A stretch of 47,797 nt of DNA from Candidatus Peribacteraceae bacterium. Lineage in GTDB: Bacteria > Patescibacteriota > Gracilibacteria > Peribacterales > Peribacteraceae. The notes beneath the pieces are model-generated. The model ran no database searches. It was given only the letters and a program-made list of their open reading frames with translations, and was not told the DNA's origin. The stretch covers positions 1-47,797 of the forward strand of contig JALHMU010000001.1 in the NCBI GenBank assembly GCA_022843885.1, in the 5' to 3' direction. This document shows, in pieces, positions 18,766-27,400 of this stretch (position 1 is its first letter; every line of letters begins with the position of its first letter). A program made the position numbers and the translations under genes.

Positions 18766-19499
18766 TCCGCACTCGATCACTTCTCTTGGCATTGATATTG
18801 CTCATGACGTGGGTCACACCGACGTATGCGCAACCGACTCCTGATACCTGCAAAACACAAATTGCAGATCGCATGCAGCTTCTGCAGTACGAATATCGTC
18901 GCGTTGTCTTCGGTAGCACCGGTAGTTCATTGTTTGACGGCAAAGCTGCCGTACTCAAAACAGGCGGCGTATTCAGCGGCGGCACGGTCTATGACTACCG
19001 CGATATCCCCGGCATCTTCGGCACCAAGCATCGCATGACATCGGAACTGATCGATCCTGCCACGGAATCGTATCGTGTTTTCCGCTGCAAGCTCCTCAAC
19101 ATGTGCGATGCCGTGACACAAAATATCCACGGACAACCCGGTCAGGTTCATCATTTGGGCTGCCCAATAGAAAGCGTGGAATATTTCGATCAGTGTGATT
19201 TTTCGGACGAAAATACCCAAGTCGATGCGCAGGACGTGATCGAATTCTGCGCGACCGCAGTCGCCGATACGCTTCAAGCTGAGAAGCAAGCACTCAAGCT
19301 CGCCGTGGCGTACGACTCCGGATATCGATCACTCGTGCAAGTAGCAGGCATGTTCGATTTCTTCCTGAAAGAATTCGCAAAGAGCGCGTTCTTGCCGATG
19401 CAACAAATGGTCGCCTTGCTCGGGAAACTGCATCAGATTCCATGTTTCCTCCCACATTGCGATCTTCCCCCTGACTCCGTCCTCGATCCACCAGAATGA
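18762..19499 (+). CDS. Exported Cys-rich protein, unknown family (operon gene 2)
   Basis: The start ATG overlaps the gene 1 stop (ATGA at 18762-18765). Signal peptide MIRTRSLLLALILLMTWVTPTYA. The mature part has 8 Cys. Confidence 0.7.
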   Translation: MIRTRSLLLALILLMTWVTPTYAQPTPDTCKTQIADRMQLLQYEYRRVVFGSTGSSLFDGKAAVLKTGGVFSGGTVYDYRDIPGIFGTKHRMTSELIDPATESYRVFRCKLLNMCDAVTQNIHGQPGQVHHLGCPIESVEYFDQCDFSDENTQVDAQDVIEFCATAVADTLQAEKQALKLAVAYDSGYRSLVQVAGMFDFFLKEFAKSAFLPMQQMVALLGKLHQIPCFLPHCDLPPDSVLDPPE

Positions 19500-20311
19500 A
19501 CGCCCTGATTCCGTACTACCATCGGTATTTGGCGCTCATGAAACGGCGCCTTGGGTTGGAACCACGTGTTGCAGCATTCCTTTTATCGATCGCAGTTATT
19601 GCGGGCGTTACAGCTGGTGCGTGGATTGCAGCCACTGTCATTCGTGTCACGATTTTTGATGCGCGTGAAGCAGTGGACGTCGACCAATCGCTCGCATGTA
19701 GCGGGAAAGACACGCCATTTGCAGACATGACCGATTTCGAGGTCATCCGTCAGTACTATCAGCTACAAGTCTTTAACATGCTCAATGAACAAGAGAAGAT
19801 TGTTCTTGAGACTGCGGGACAATGTAATGCCATTGATGCCGCCGGATTCCTACCGACATCTTCTCTCAATGGCTTTGCACAAACGCTCCCCGGTTGGCGC
19901 GGCGATATTACATTTGCATCCTTTGAGCCTGTTCTTCTGGAGTTCGCACGCGCCTACGAATGTAAGTTGCAAGAACTCATTGCCAACGCACGCGTTACCG
20001 TCTTAGAAGGTGATGACCTTCCCGATGAAGAACCGCCGGAAACCTACGATCAAGTCGAGTCACGCGTGAATACGTACGTACAAAAACTCGAAGAAGAAAA
20101 GACACAAAGTCGTGTCGCATTCGACCGCACCATGAACACTATTCGGTCATTCCAGATGTCCGCACCCATCATCAAAGAGTTGAAGTGTCTGCAGCTAGAA
20201 TCGATCGATTTACGCAATGCCATGAGCCTCCTCTCCGATGCATCGAGTTGTATGCCGCGTATCTGGGATGCTGTGACGTCACTCCATGAACGTGCCCCCG
20301 AAGAAGAATGA
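19496..20311 (+). CDS. Bitopic membrane protein, unknown family (operon gene 3)
   Basis: ATGA overlap at 19496-19499. A basic N-terminus is followed by the TM segment VAAFLLSIAVIAGVTAGAWIAATVI and an extracytoplasmic domain of about 220 aa. Confidence 0.7.
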   Translation: MNALIPYYHRYLALMKRRLGLEPRVAAFLLSIAVIAGVTAGAWIAATVIRVTIFDAREAVDVDQSLACSGKDTPFADMTDFEVIRQYYQLQVFNMLNEQEKIVLETAGQCNAIDAAGFLPTSSLNGFAQTLPGWRGDITFASFEPVLLEFARAYECKLQELIANARVTVLEGDDLPDEEPPETYDQVESRVNTYVQKLEEEKTQSRVAFDRTMNTIRSFQMSAPIIKELKCLQLESIDLRNAMSLLSDASSCMPRIWDAVTSLHERAPEEE

Positions 20312-22224
20312 GATTCCTTTTGAAACCATCACGGGCATTGCTTCTCTCAGCCATTCTCCTGGCTGCGACAGCGTCACATGCGTCAGCCAGTTGGGGCGAG
20401 GTCTATTTCAACTTCTACAACGCTGCAAAAGAAGAGGCACAGTTCCAATCGGATCTTTCTCCGGAACTGATGGAATACGTGCTCTCGACCATGAACAATA
20501 ATCAGAATAATCCGATGACTCTTTCCGCATCCGACGTGCAGGCCGCACTTCGTGGAGAATTCTTCACGCTTTGCCAGAACCAATCTGAAACATACACATT
20601 GTCGCAATGTACCCAGATCAACGAAGACATTCGGTACCTCGTGCAAAGTGAGAAGGAAATTCAAGCGCTCGCAGATGATCTCCTCACAATTGCAAACAGC
20701 TCGGAGCTCGTCGCAGGTGATGAGGCACATCGTCCCAATTCCTTCGGCGTGCAGACCGCTGCTTTCTCTGTTATTTGGACAGGTACGGGCGCCAGCACAC
20801 TGCAATGGCCGGAAGACGATGCCGTGCAAGATGCGTGGGACAATCTTGAGCAGGCTCTTCAAAGCGAAGGCAGCAACATCGAAAAAGTTGTGGCGCGATT
20901 CCACTTCGGACTGTTCCGCATCCTGCGTGAAGAACAAGCAGGGTGGACGGAACTGGAACCATATGGCGATCAAGTACGCTCGGCGCTGGAAGAGCTCGCA
21001 AACGTACTCGATATCACGCAAGACAATGTCGGCAAAGAAGATCTGGGTGAATACGCAACGCCGACAGTGTCCACTGTCAAAAACATTGCGGTCTGGGCAC
21101 GAGAAGACGATATCGGATTAAATTTTATCTACCCCGAACATCAGCCCCGTTTCTCCGTCGAGATTCCCCGCGCCTATCCGATCTACTATTCCGGTGGCAC
21201 GCTGACTGGCGGCACAATTCTTTCCTATCCGTATCGGTACAATGCAGAAGAGCTTCCTGAGCTCTCGGAAGAGAACGTGCGCAAAAACTTAGCGAGCCCT
21301 TTGTGTAGCCGTATTTCCGGTGCACACGGATATCTCTGTCGCTCGGTCGAAGATGCATCCAAAAACTGTCCGACTGTTCCGGACAATGACTTCGCCATTC
21401 ATCTCATCACCTGCGGTGAGCGCGAAACGATCATCAACCCGGGCATCACTGTGTGCTCGGGCGCCAACTTGATGTCGCAGTTTGATGTACGGCTGAACGG
21501 ACAAGTGGTGAAGCCTGCGCCAGGACAAAATCTTGAAGTCTGCACGCCGGGTACATTCACCACGTTCGATAGTAGCTTCGTGACAAACAGCTGCTTCGTT
21601 GGATTCTGCTTGAAGCAATCGTTCAATGAACACAGTTTGGTCGGCGGGCGAAATCCCATTGCCGTTATGGAATCCACATCACCGTATTTGAGTTGCATGC
21701 GCCCCGATCCACAACTTGGCATGCTCGGAGAATTACCTCCGGTTGCCGCGACGGTTCTGCCTCAATACATCGGACACTTTGCGGTCCAAGCATTCGATCA
21801 TGAACAATGCGAGCGCACTGGTTCGCCTCCAGGCGTATCGGGCGTGTGTAAGTATCGTTCCAATCGCACGTTCGCGATGCCGTTCCTCAGTTTCCTCGCC
21901 TCACCGCTCAATGAAGGTCAACAAGCGCTGACAGATCAAGCACAGGCATTCTTGAAAGATGCTGCCACGGCAATCGGCCAGCAGTATGCGGTGAACCAAG
22001 CCGTGCCGGTCTACGAGAAGCTCATCAAATCACTCGCACAAGGTGTGAATGCAATCTCCGATGTCATTCTTGAACTGCAAGACGCGCCACTCTCAACGGT
22101 GGCATGTCCGTGGAGCGGCACATTATGTAACACGCAATGTAACGACGGATTCGATAACGACGGTGATGGCAAAGCTGACTTAGAAGATGACACCTGCGAA
22201 ACGATCCAAACTCCATTCGAATGA
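20308..22224 (+). CDS. Exported Cys-rich protein with C-terminal Asp-rich metal-binding-like motif (operon gene 4)
   Basis: ATGA overlap at 20308-20311. Signal peptide MRFLLKPSRALLLSAILLAATASHASA. The C-terminus is CNDGFDNDGDGKADLEDDTC. Confidence 0.75.
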   Translation: MRFLLKPSRALLLSAILLAATASHASASWGEVYFNFYNAAKEEAQFQSDLSPELMEYVLSTMNNNQNNPMTLSASDVQAALRGEFFTLCQNQSETYTLSQCTQINEDIRYLVQSEKEIQALADDLLTIANSSELVAGDEAHRPNSFGVQTAAFSVIWTGTGASTLQWPEDDAVQDAWDNLEQALQSEGSNIEKVVARFHFGLFRILREEQAGWTELEPYGDQVRSALEELANVLDITQDNVGKEDLGEYATPTVSTVKNIAVWAREDDIGLNFIYPEHQPRFSVEIPRAYPIYYSGGTLTGGTILSYPYRYNAEELPELSEENVRKNLASPLCSRISGAHGYLCRSVEDASKNCPTVPDNDFAIHLITCGERETIINPGITVCSGANLMSQFDVRLNGQVVKPAPGQNLEVCTPGTFTTFDSSFVTNSCFVGFCLKQSFNEHSLVGGRNPIAVMESTSPYLSCMRPDPQLGMLGELPPVAATVLPQYIGHFAVQAFDHEQCERTGSPPGVSGVCKYRSNRTFAMPFLSFLASPLNEGQQALTDQAQAFLKDAATAIGQQYAVNQAVPVYEKLIKSLAQGVNAISDVILELQDAPLSTVACPWSGTLCNTQCNDGFDNDGDGKADLEDDTCETIQTPFE

Positions 22225-23669
22225 AACTTCGATATCTTCTCCTTCCGGCCCTCCTCCTTCCGCAGCTTGCACTCGCCGCGGACCCACCACCGATTTCGCG
22301 CTTCACGGAACAGATCATCGATCGCGCGTTCGTCGGTACGCAATATGTCGAAGGCATTGCTGAAATCGATAACTGCGAAGATTTCGGCGTAAAAGACAAC
22401 GCACTCATGCTGGCAGGCACGTACATCGGCACATTCATCGATACCGACACACTGCTCACGCGTCAGGCGGAATCACTCAAGAGTATGACAGTCTGTCAGC
22501 GATACGATTTGTATCTCATCGAACGTCAATTACGAAGCATGCAAGACCGCATCGGTGAACTTGCGAACAGCTGCAATGTCGTGGGCTTGAAAACGCTCGC
22601 CCAAGTGCATCAATTCTTGGCAGAAGGATATAAGTCCGTCATGCAAGGCGGACTCGATCCGATCTATACCGACTTCCGACTCCGTCCCGGATATTTCTGG
22701 TTCGGTGATCAGCCCAGTCCGGAGGCCGAAGTATGCCCATTTACAACCGATTACGCTGTCCCCGCGATCGTGAAGCAAGATGATGAAGTATGGAGCTATG
22801 GTTGTGACATCGAAAAGCTCGATTTCATCCTGGATCAAGACATTCCGGAAACATTGCGCAGCGAAGCGGAGCAAGAACGAGTAAAGAAAGAGAAGGCAGA
22901 ATCGGTGAGCCAGGTTCTGTTCGATCAGCTCTTCCAATTCGAACAAATTTTCGCGGATCTGCTCCGTCAAATTCGCGGACCGGATGCCAATGTTCCGACG
23001 CCCCCTGAACAGGTCTTTTCAAACGGTCATCGCGTCATCCAAGGCTGCCGCGAGAACACGGATGAAATCCTGAAAGTGAGCACATGGAATCGAGAAGATA
23101 TTCCGGTCGGTGTCGGACTCACGCCAACATATGACGGCTTCTCCATTTACAAAAATGCCTTCGCAATTCTACGTGATTTCACACGTGCTCGTTCCACCTT
23201 CGGATCTGAGCGACCGTTGCCGGAATGGATCAACACGCAAACAGGAACATTCGTTCCGATGTTCCCCAACGCCGGATTCATGGATGGTTGGAGAGGTGCC
23301 ACTGCAGAACAAGATCGTCGTAGCGCCATCCTGAAAGCAGCCAATGCCGATGCCGTGCAGAAGATGCTCGACATTGCCAAGCCACTGCGCAGTGCGGTGC
23401 TGAAATTCGGTTACATCAGTTCCTTCCCAAAGCCAGATTCTGAAGAAAAAATTCCATTCTTTGCGAGCTACGTGCGTGACGTCGCCTACTTCCTCCGACG
23501 CTCTTGTATTTACAGCGCCTGCACACCATTGCTCGATAACATTCTCCGTCGCACCGTTGATCCAAGTTGCTTCCCATACGGTTCGCAACAGGACATCCGT
23601 TGCGCACATTACAAGTGTTTGGATTTGGAACGCCCGGACGAGTGCCCGGCCGACGAGTGGAATCCATAA
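22221..23669 (+). CDS. Exported Cys-rich protein, unknown family (operon gene 5)
   Basis: ATGA overlap at 22221-22224. Signal peptide MKLRYLLLPALLLPQLALA. Contains 12 Cys. Confidence 0.75.
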   Translation: MKLRYLLLPALLLPQLALAADPPPISRFTEQIIDRAFVGTQYVEGIAEIDNCEDFGVKDNALMLAGTYIGTFIDTDTLLTRQAESLKSMTVCQRYDLYLIERQLRSMQDRIGELANSCNVVGLKTLAQVHQFLAEGYKSVMQGGLDPIYTDFRLRPGYFWFGDQPSPEAEVCPFTTDYAVPAIVKQDDEVWSYGCDIEKLDFILDQDIPETLRSEAEQERVKKEKAESVSQVLFDQLFQFEQIFADLLRQIRGPDANVPTPPEQVFSNGHRVIQGCRENTDEILKVSTWNREDIPVGVGLTPTYDGFSIYKNAFAILRDFTRARSTFGSERPLPEWINTQTGTFVPMFPNAGFMDGWRGATAEQDRRSAILKAANADAVQKMLDIAKPLRSAVLKFGYISSFPKPDSEEKIPFFASYVRDVAYFLRRSCIYSACTPLLDNILRRTVDPSCFPYGSQQDIRCAHYKCLDLERPDECPADEWNP

Positions 23670-23674
23670 AAAGA

Positions 23675-23689
23675 GGAGCTCCTTATCGG
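23675..23689 (+). repeat. Left copy of the direct repeat flanking the AT-rich islet
   Basis: GAGCTCCTTATCGGA here versus GAGCTCCTTGTTGGA at 24378-24392 (9 nt exact, 13 of 15 overall). Confidence 0.4.
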
Positions 23690-23764
23690 AGTTTATTAGG
23701 AACATAAGCATCGAAAAGAAATAAAATGAAGAACTCAGATATCCAAATCTGCTAAGATTTTCTC

Positions 23765-23947
23765 ATGAAAATGCTTTTTACAATTATGGGATGGGTGGGC
23801 ATCGTAGTTTTGGAAATTTTTGACTGGGACAATCCTACTCATTACGGTCGAAAACCCGATGAGGAGGCAGTTATCATTGTTGGTGTCATTACAATAACTA
23901 TCACGATAATCATCGTTTCTGCTGTAGTGTATTCTTATCTCTTCTAA
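23765..23947 (+). CDS. Small two-TM protein (60 aa) in the AT-rich islet
   Basis: MLFTIMGWVGIVVLEIF ... IIVGVITITITIIIVSAVVY. The antisense ORF 23735-23959 is a less plausible alternative. Confidence 0.35.
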   Translation: MKMLFTIMGWVGIVVLEIFDWDNPTHYGRKPDEEAVIIVGVITITITIIIVSAVVYSYLF

Positions 23948-23989
23948 TGATTTGAGCACCTTGGCGGAACTTATATTGAATCGGTATAT

Positions 23990-24016
23990 TTGACAAAATA
24001 TAAATTAAGTTATAAT
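23990..24016 (+). promoter_or_regulatory. Sigma70-like promoter (TTGACA, 15-nt spacer, TATAAT)
   Basis: TTGACA at 23990-23995 and TATAAT at 24011-24016. The ATG of the next ORF is only 8 nt downstream (24025), implying a leaderless or near-leaderless mRNA. Confidence 0.35.
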
Positions 24017-24024
24017 TTGCATAT

Positions 24025-24372
24025 ATGCTGCAACCGTTTGATGATCGAAGTCCTGGAAATCGGCAAAAGGAAATTGTGCATTCTCAAAGGGAAATGGATC
24101 CTCACTTAAAGGAAGTTCTTGATTCAGCAACATCAGATCATGTTTTTGATAGAGGAACAGGAATGTATGAAATGCTTATTACAAGTCTGGAGCATCACTT
24201 GAAAAACCCAAAAAATGCTCCATTTGTGTCTAAAATTCTGAATGCATTAGTTGAACTGAGAGACAGAGTAAAAATTGATCCTCTTCGCGCTAAAACTCGA
24301 AGGGAATTGCGAAAAGTCGATCCTCTATTGAATGATATTCTTGGTCCAAGAGGACCGATGGAGTTGGAGTAA
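24025..24372 (+). CDS. Hypothetical soluble helical protein (115 aa) in the AT-rich islet
   Basis: ORF with coding-like composition and no recognisable motif. Confidence 0.45.
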   Translation: MLQPFDDRSPGNRQKEIVHSQREMDPHLKEVLDSATSDHVFDRGTGMYEMLITSLEHHLKNPKNAPFVSKILNALVELRDRVKIDPLRAKTRRELRKVDPLLNDILGPRGPMELE

Positions 24373-24377
24373 TTTTA

Positions 24378-24392
24378 GAGCTCCTTGTTGGA
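24378..24392 (+). repeat. Right copy of the direct repeat flanking the AT-rich islet
   Basis: GAGCTCCTTGTTGGA, paired with 23675-23689. Confidence 0.4.
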
Positions 24393-24487
24393 CATTATCC
24401 AGCATTTTTCGATTAACTACTATGTTTCCTGAAAAAGCCCAAAATCGGCCCGTAACGCGTCAGGTATTCTGCTAGACTCGAAATCCC

Positions 24488-27400
24488 ATGGATTCAAAGG
24501 ATTTCGTACATCTGCACTGTCATTCAACCTACTCATTGCTGGAAGCGCTCCCCGCTCCGGATGAGATCGTCGAACGTGCCAAAGAATTAGGTCAAACTGC
24601 CGTTGGTTTGACGGACAAAGGCTACGCACACGGACTCATCGAATTTTATAAAGCTGCAAAGTCCGCGAAACTCAAACCTATTCTCGGTATGCAAACGTAC
24701 GTCGCCGCACGTTCGCGTCATGACAAAGAAAAAGGAACCGATACGAAGAGTTATCCACTCGTGTTGCTCGCGGAGAATGAAGAGGGATATCAAAACTTGT
24801 TATCACTTGCGACGCTCGCAGCACTTCAAGGCATGTATTACAAACCACGTGTCGATGCCGAACTTTTGTCGCAACACGGCAAAGGTCTCATCGCATTATC
24901 GGGTCCGCTTTCTGGTGCATTGCCGCAAGCCGCACTCGCAGAAGATCGTGAACGTATGAAGATGCTCGTCGAGCAATACCGATCATTCTTCGGTGAGAAC
25001 AATCTGTACTTCGAATTGATGGATTTACCGAATGTCCCAGGTCAAGCGGAGGCAAATCAACAGCTCATCAAATTTGGAAAAGAATTCAATGTACCGCTCG
25101 TCGTCGGTGGCGGCTCGCATTACTGTCGTATCGATGATGCAGAGGCACAGGATGTGCTGCTCTGCATTCAAAAGAACTCGCAAGTAAACGATCCAGGTCG
25201 ATTCTCGATGCGTGACAGCGACCTTTCCATGCGCCCATTTGAGGAACTAGAGAAAGCATTTAGTCATGTGCCGGAAGCACTTGAAAACACGCGTGTGATT
25301 GCTGACCGCTGCAATGTCCCGATCGAATTCGGGAAATATCGCATTCCAAGTTTCCCCGTTCCAGAAGGAGAAACCGAAGCAACGCTGCTTGAAAAGCTCT
25401 GCGCGGCCGGACTCGAAACGCGCTATGGATTTACCATCGACAAGATTCCATCCGACAAACAATCGATCGTGGATCGCATGCAATTTGAATTGAATGTTAT
25501 CAACACGATGGGCTTCGCCGGATACTTCTTGATCGTCGCGGATTTCATCAGTGAAGCGAAGCGACGTGGGATTACCGTAGGCCCTGGACGTGGCTCTGCT
25601 GCGGGCTCCATCGTGAGTTACCTCCTCGACATTACAACACTCGATCCGGTCGAACACGGCCTTCTCTTCGAGCGTTTCTTGAATCCGGATCGCATCTCGA
25701 TGCCAGATATCGATATGGACTTCGCTGATACGCGTCGTGATGAAGTATTGGAATATGTGCGCGAAAAATATGGCGCCGATCACGTCGTCCAAATCTGTAC
25801 ATTCGGAACACTTGCTGCTCGTGCCGCCGTCAAAGACGTGGGCCGCGTCTATGGCGTTCCATTCACGGAGATGAACGAACTTGTGAAGCTCATTTCCGAT
25901 CGTCCCGGTACAAGTTTGGACGAAGCACTCACATCATCCGAACTCAAAGCAGTCGTCGATTCTAGTGAGACCTATAAGAAGATCATCGAAGTTGCTTTGA
26001 AGCTGGAAGGCAAAGCACGCCACGTCTCTGTGCACGCGTGTGGTGTCATCATCACGCCACGACCAGCAGTGGAATACACAGCACTCCAGCGCGCACCGAA
26101 GGATCAGGACATCGTCATCACGCAGTACGGTGCCAAACCACTCGAAGCACTCGGTCTGCTCAAAATGGACTTCCTCGGTCTCAAAAACCTCACGATCATT
26201 CAGACTGCGCTCCTCATCATCGAGCGTTTGCACAACGTGAAGATCGACATCGCGCGTATTCCGACTGATGACAAAGATACATTCGCACTTCTCTCACGCG
26301 GTGAGACAACCGGTGTGTTCCAGCTCGAATCTGCGGGCATGCGTCGCTACTTGAAACAGCTCAAACCAAGCGCCTTCGATGACATCACAGCTATGGTGTC
26401 GTTGTATCGCCCGGGTCCGATGGAAAAGATTCCGGATTACATCAAACGCAAGCACGGTCAGAAAGAAGTGTCGTACATCCATCCAGACATGGAGCCGATT
26501 CTGGAGCCAACATACGGTGTCGGTATTTATCAGGAGCAGATTCTTGAAATGGCACGTGTCTTCGCCGGATTCACACTCGGTGAAGCTGACTTGTTGCGCC
26601 GTGCGATCGGAAAGAAAATCAAAAGCGAACTGGATGCACAGCGTGAGAAATTCATTCAGGGCACCATCGACAAAGGCTATGGCAAAAAACTCGGTGTCGC
26701 CCTGTTCGATGACGTTATCACGCCGTTCGCAAACTATGGTTTCAACAAGTCTCACGGTGCCAGCTACGCGCGTATTGCGTATGAAACCGCCTATCTCAAA
26801 GCGCACTACCCGAGCGAGTTCATGGCTGCGCTGCTCTCCAGTGAAAACGGTGACACCGAACGTATTTCCATCGAAATTGCAGAAGCAAAGATGATGGGCA
26901 TTCGTGTGCTGCCACCAGATATCAACGAATCACTCGCGCATTTCACCGCATTGCCGGACGGAAGTATTCGTTTCGGTCTCACGGCTATCAAAGGTGTTGG
27001 CGAAAGTTCTGTTCGTCAGATCATCGAGATCCGCGATGGCACCGAAGGACAGGGCCAGGGTCGCTTCGCACACTTAGAGGATTTCGCAAAGCGTGTGCCA
27101 AGTAAAATTTTGAATAAGAAAACACTCGAAGCCTTCGCAAAAGCCGGCGCACTCGATTCCCTCGGTGACCGCGGAACCATCGTCCATCAGTACGAACGCA
27201 TCATCGATTACTGTAAGTCTGCTGGAGACATCGGTGCATCGCAGACAGATCTCTTCGGCGCTATGGAAGCCGATACAGATGCAGCGAAGATCGCATTTGA
27301 CCCAGAGCCACCTGCTACGAATACCGAGAAGCTCATGTGGGAAAAAGAAACATTGGGTTTGTATGTCTCCAGTCACCCACTTGCAGGACTGTCCAAATAC

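Noticed and set aside
20383-21021. 212-aa minus-strand ORF (and similar ones at 16657-17289, 18088-18792, 23169-23711) inside the five-gene operon
   Set aside because: They lie antisense to long ORFs that have signal peptides and precise ATGA junctions. Their translations are Cys/Arg/Phe-rich with no features, as expected for shadow ORFs.
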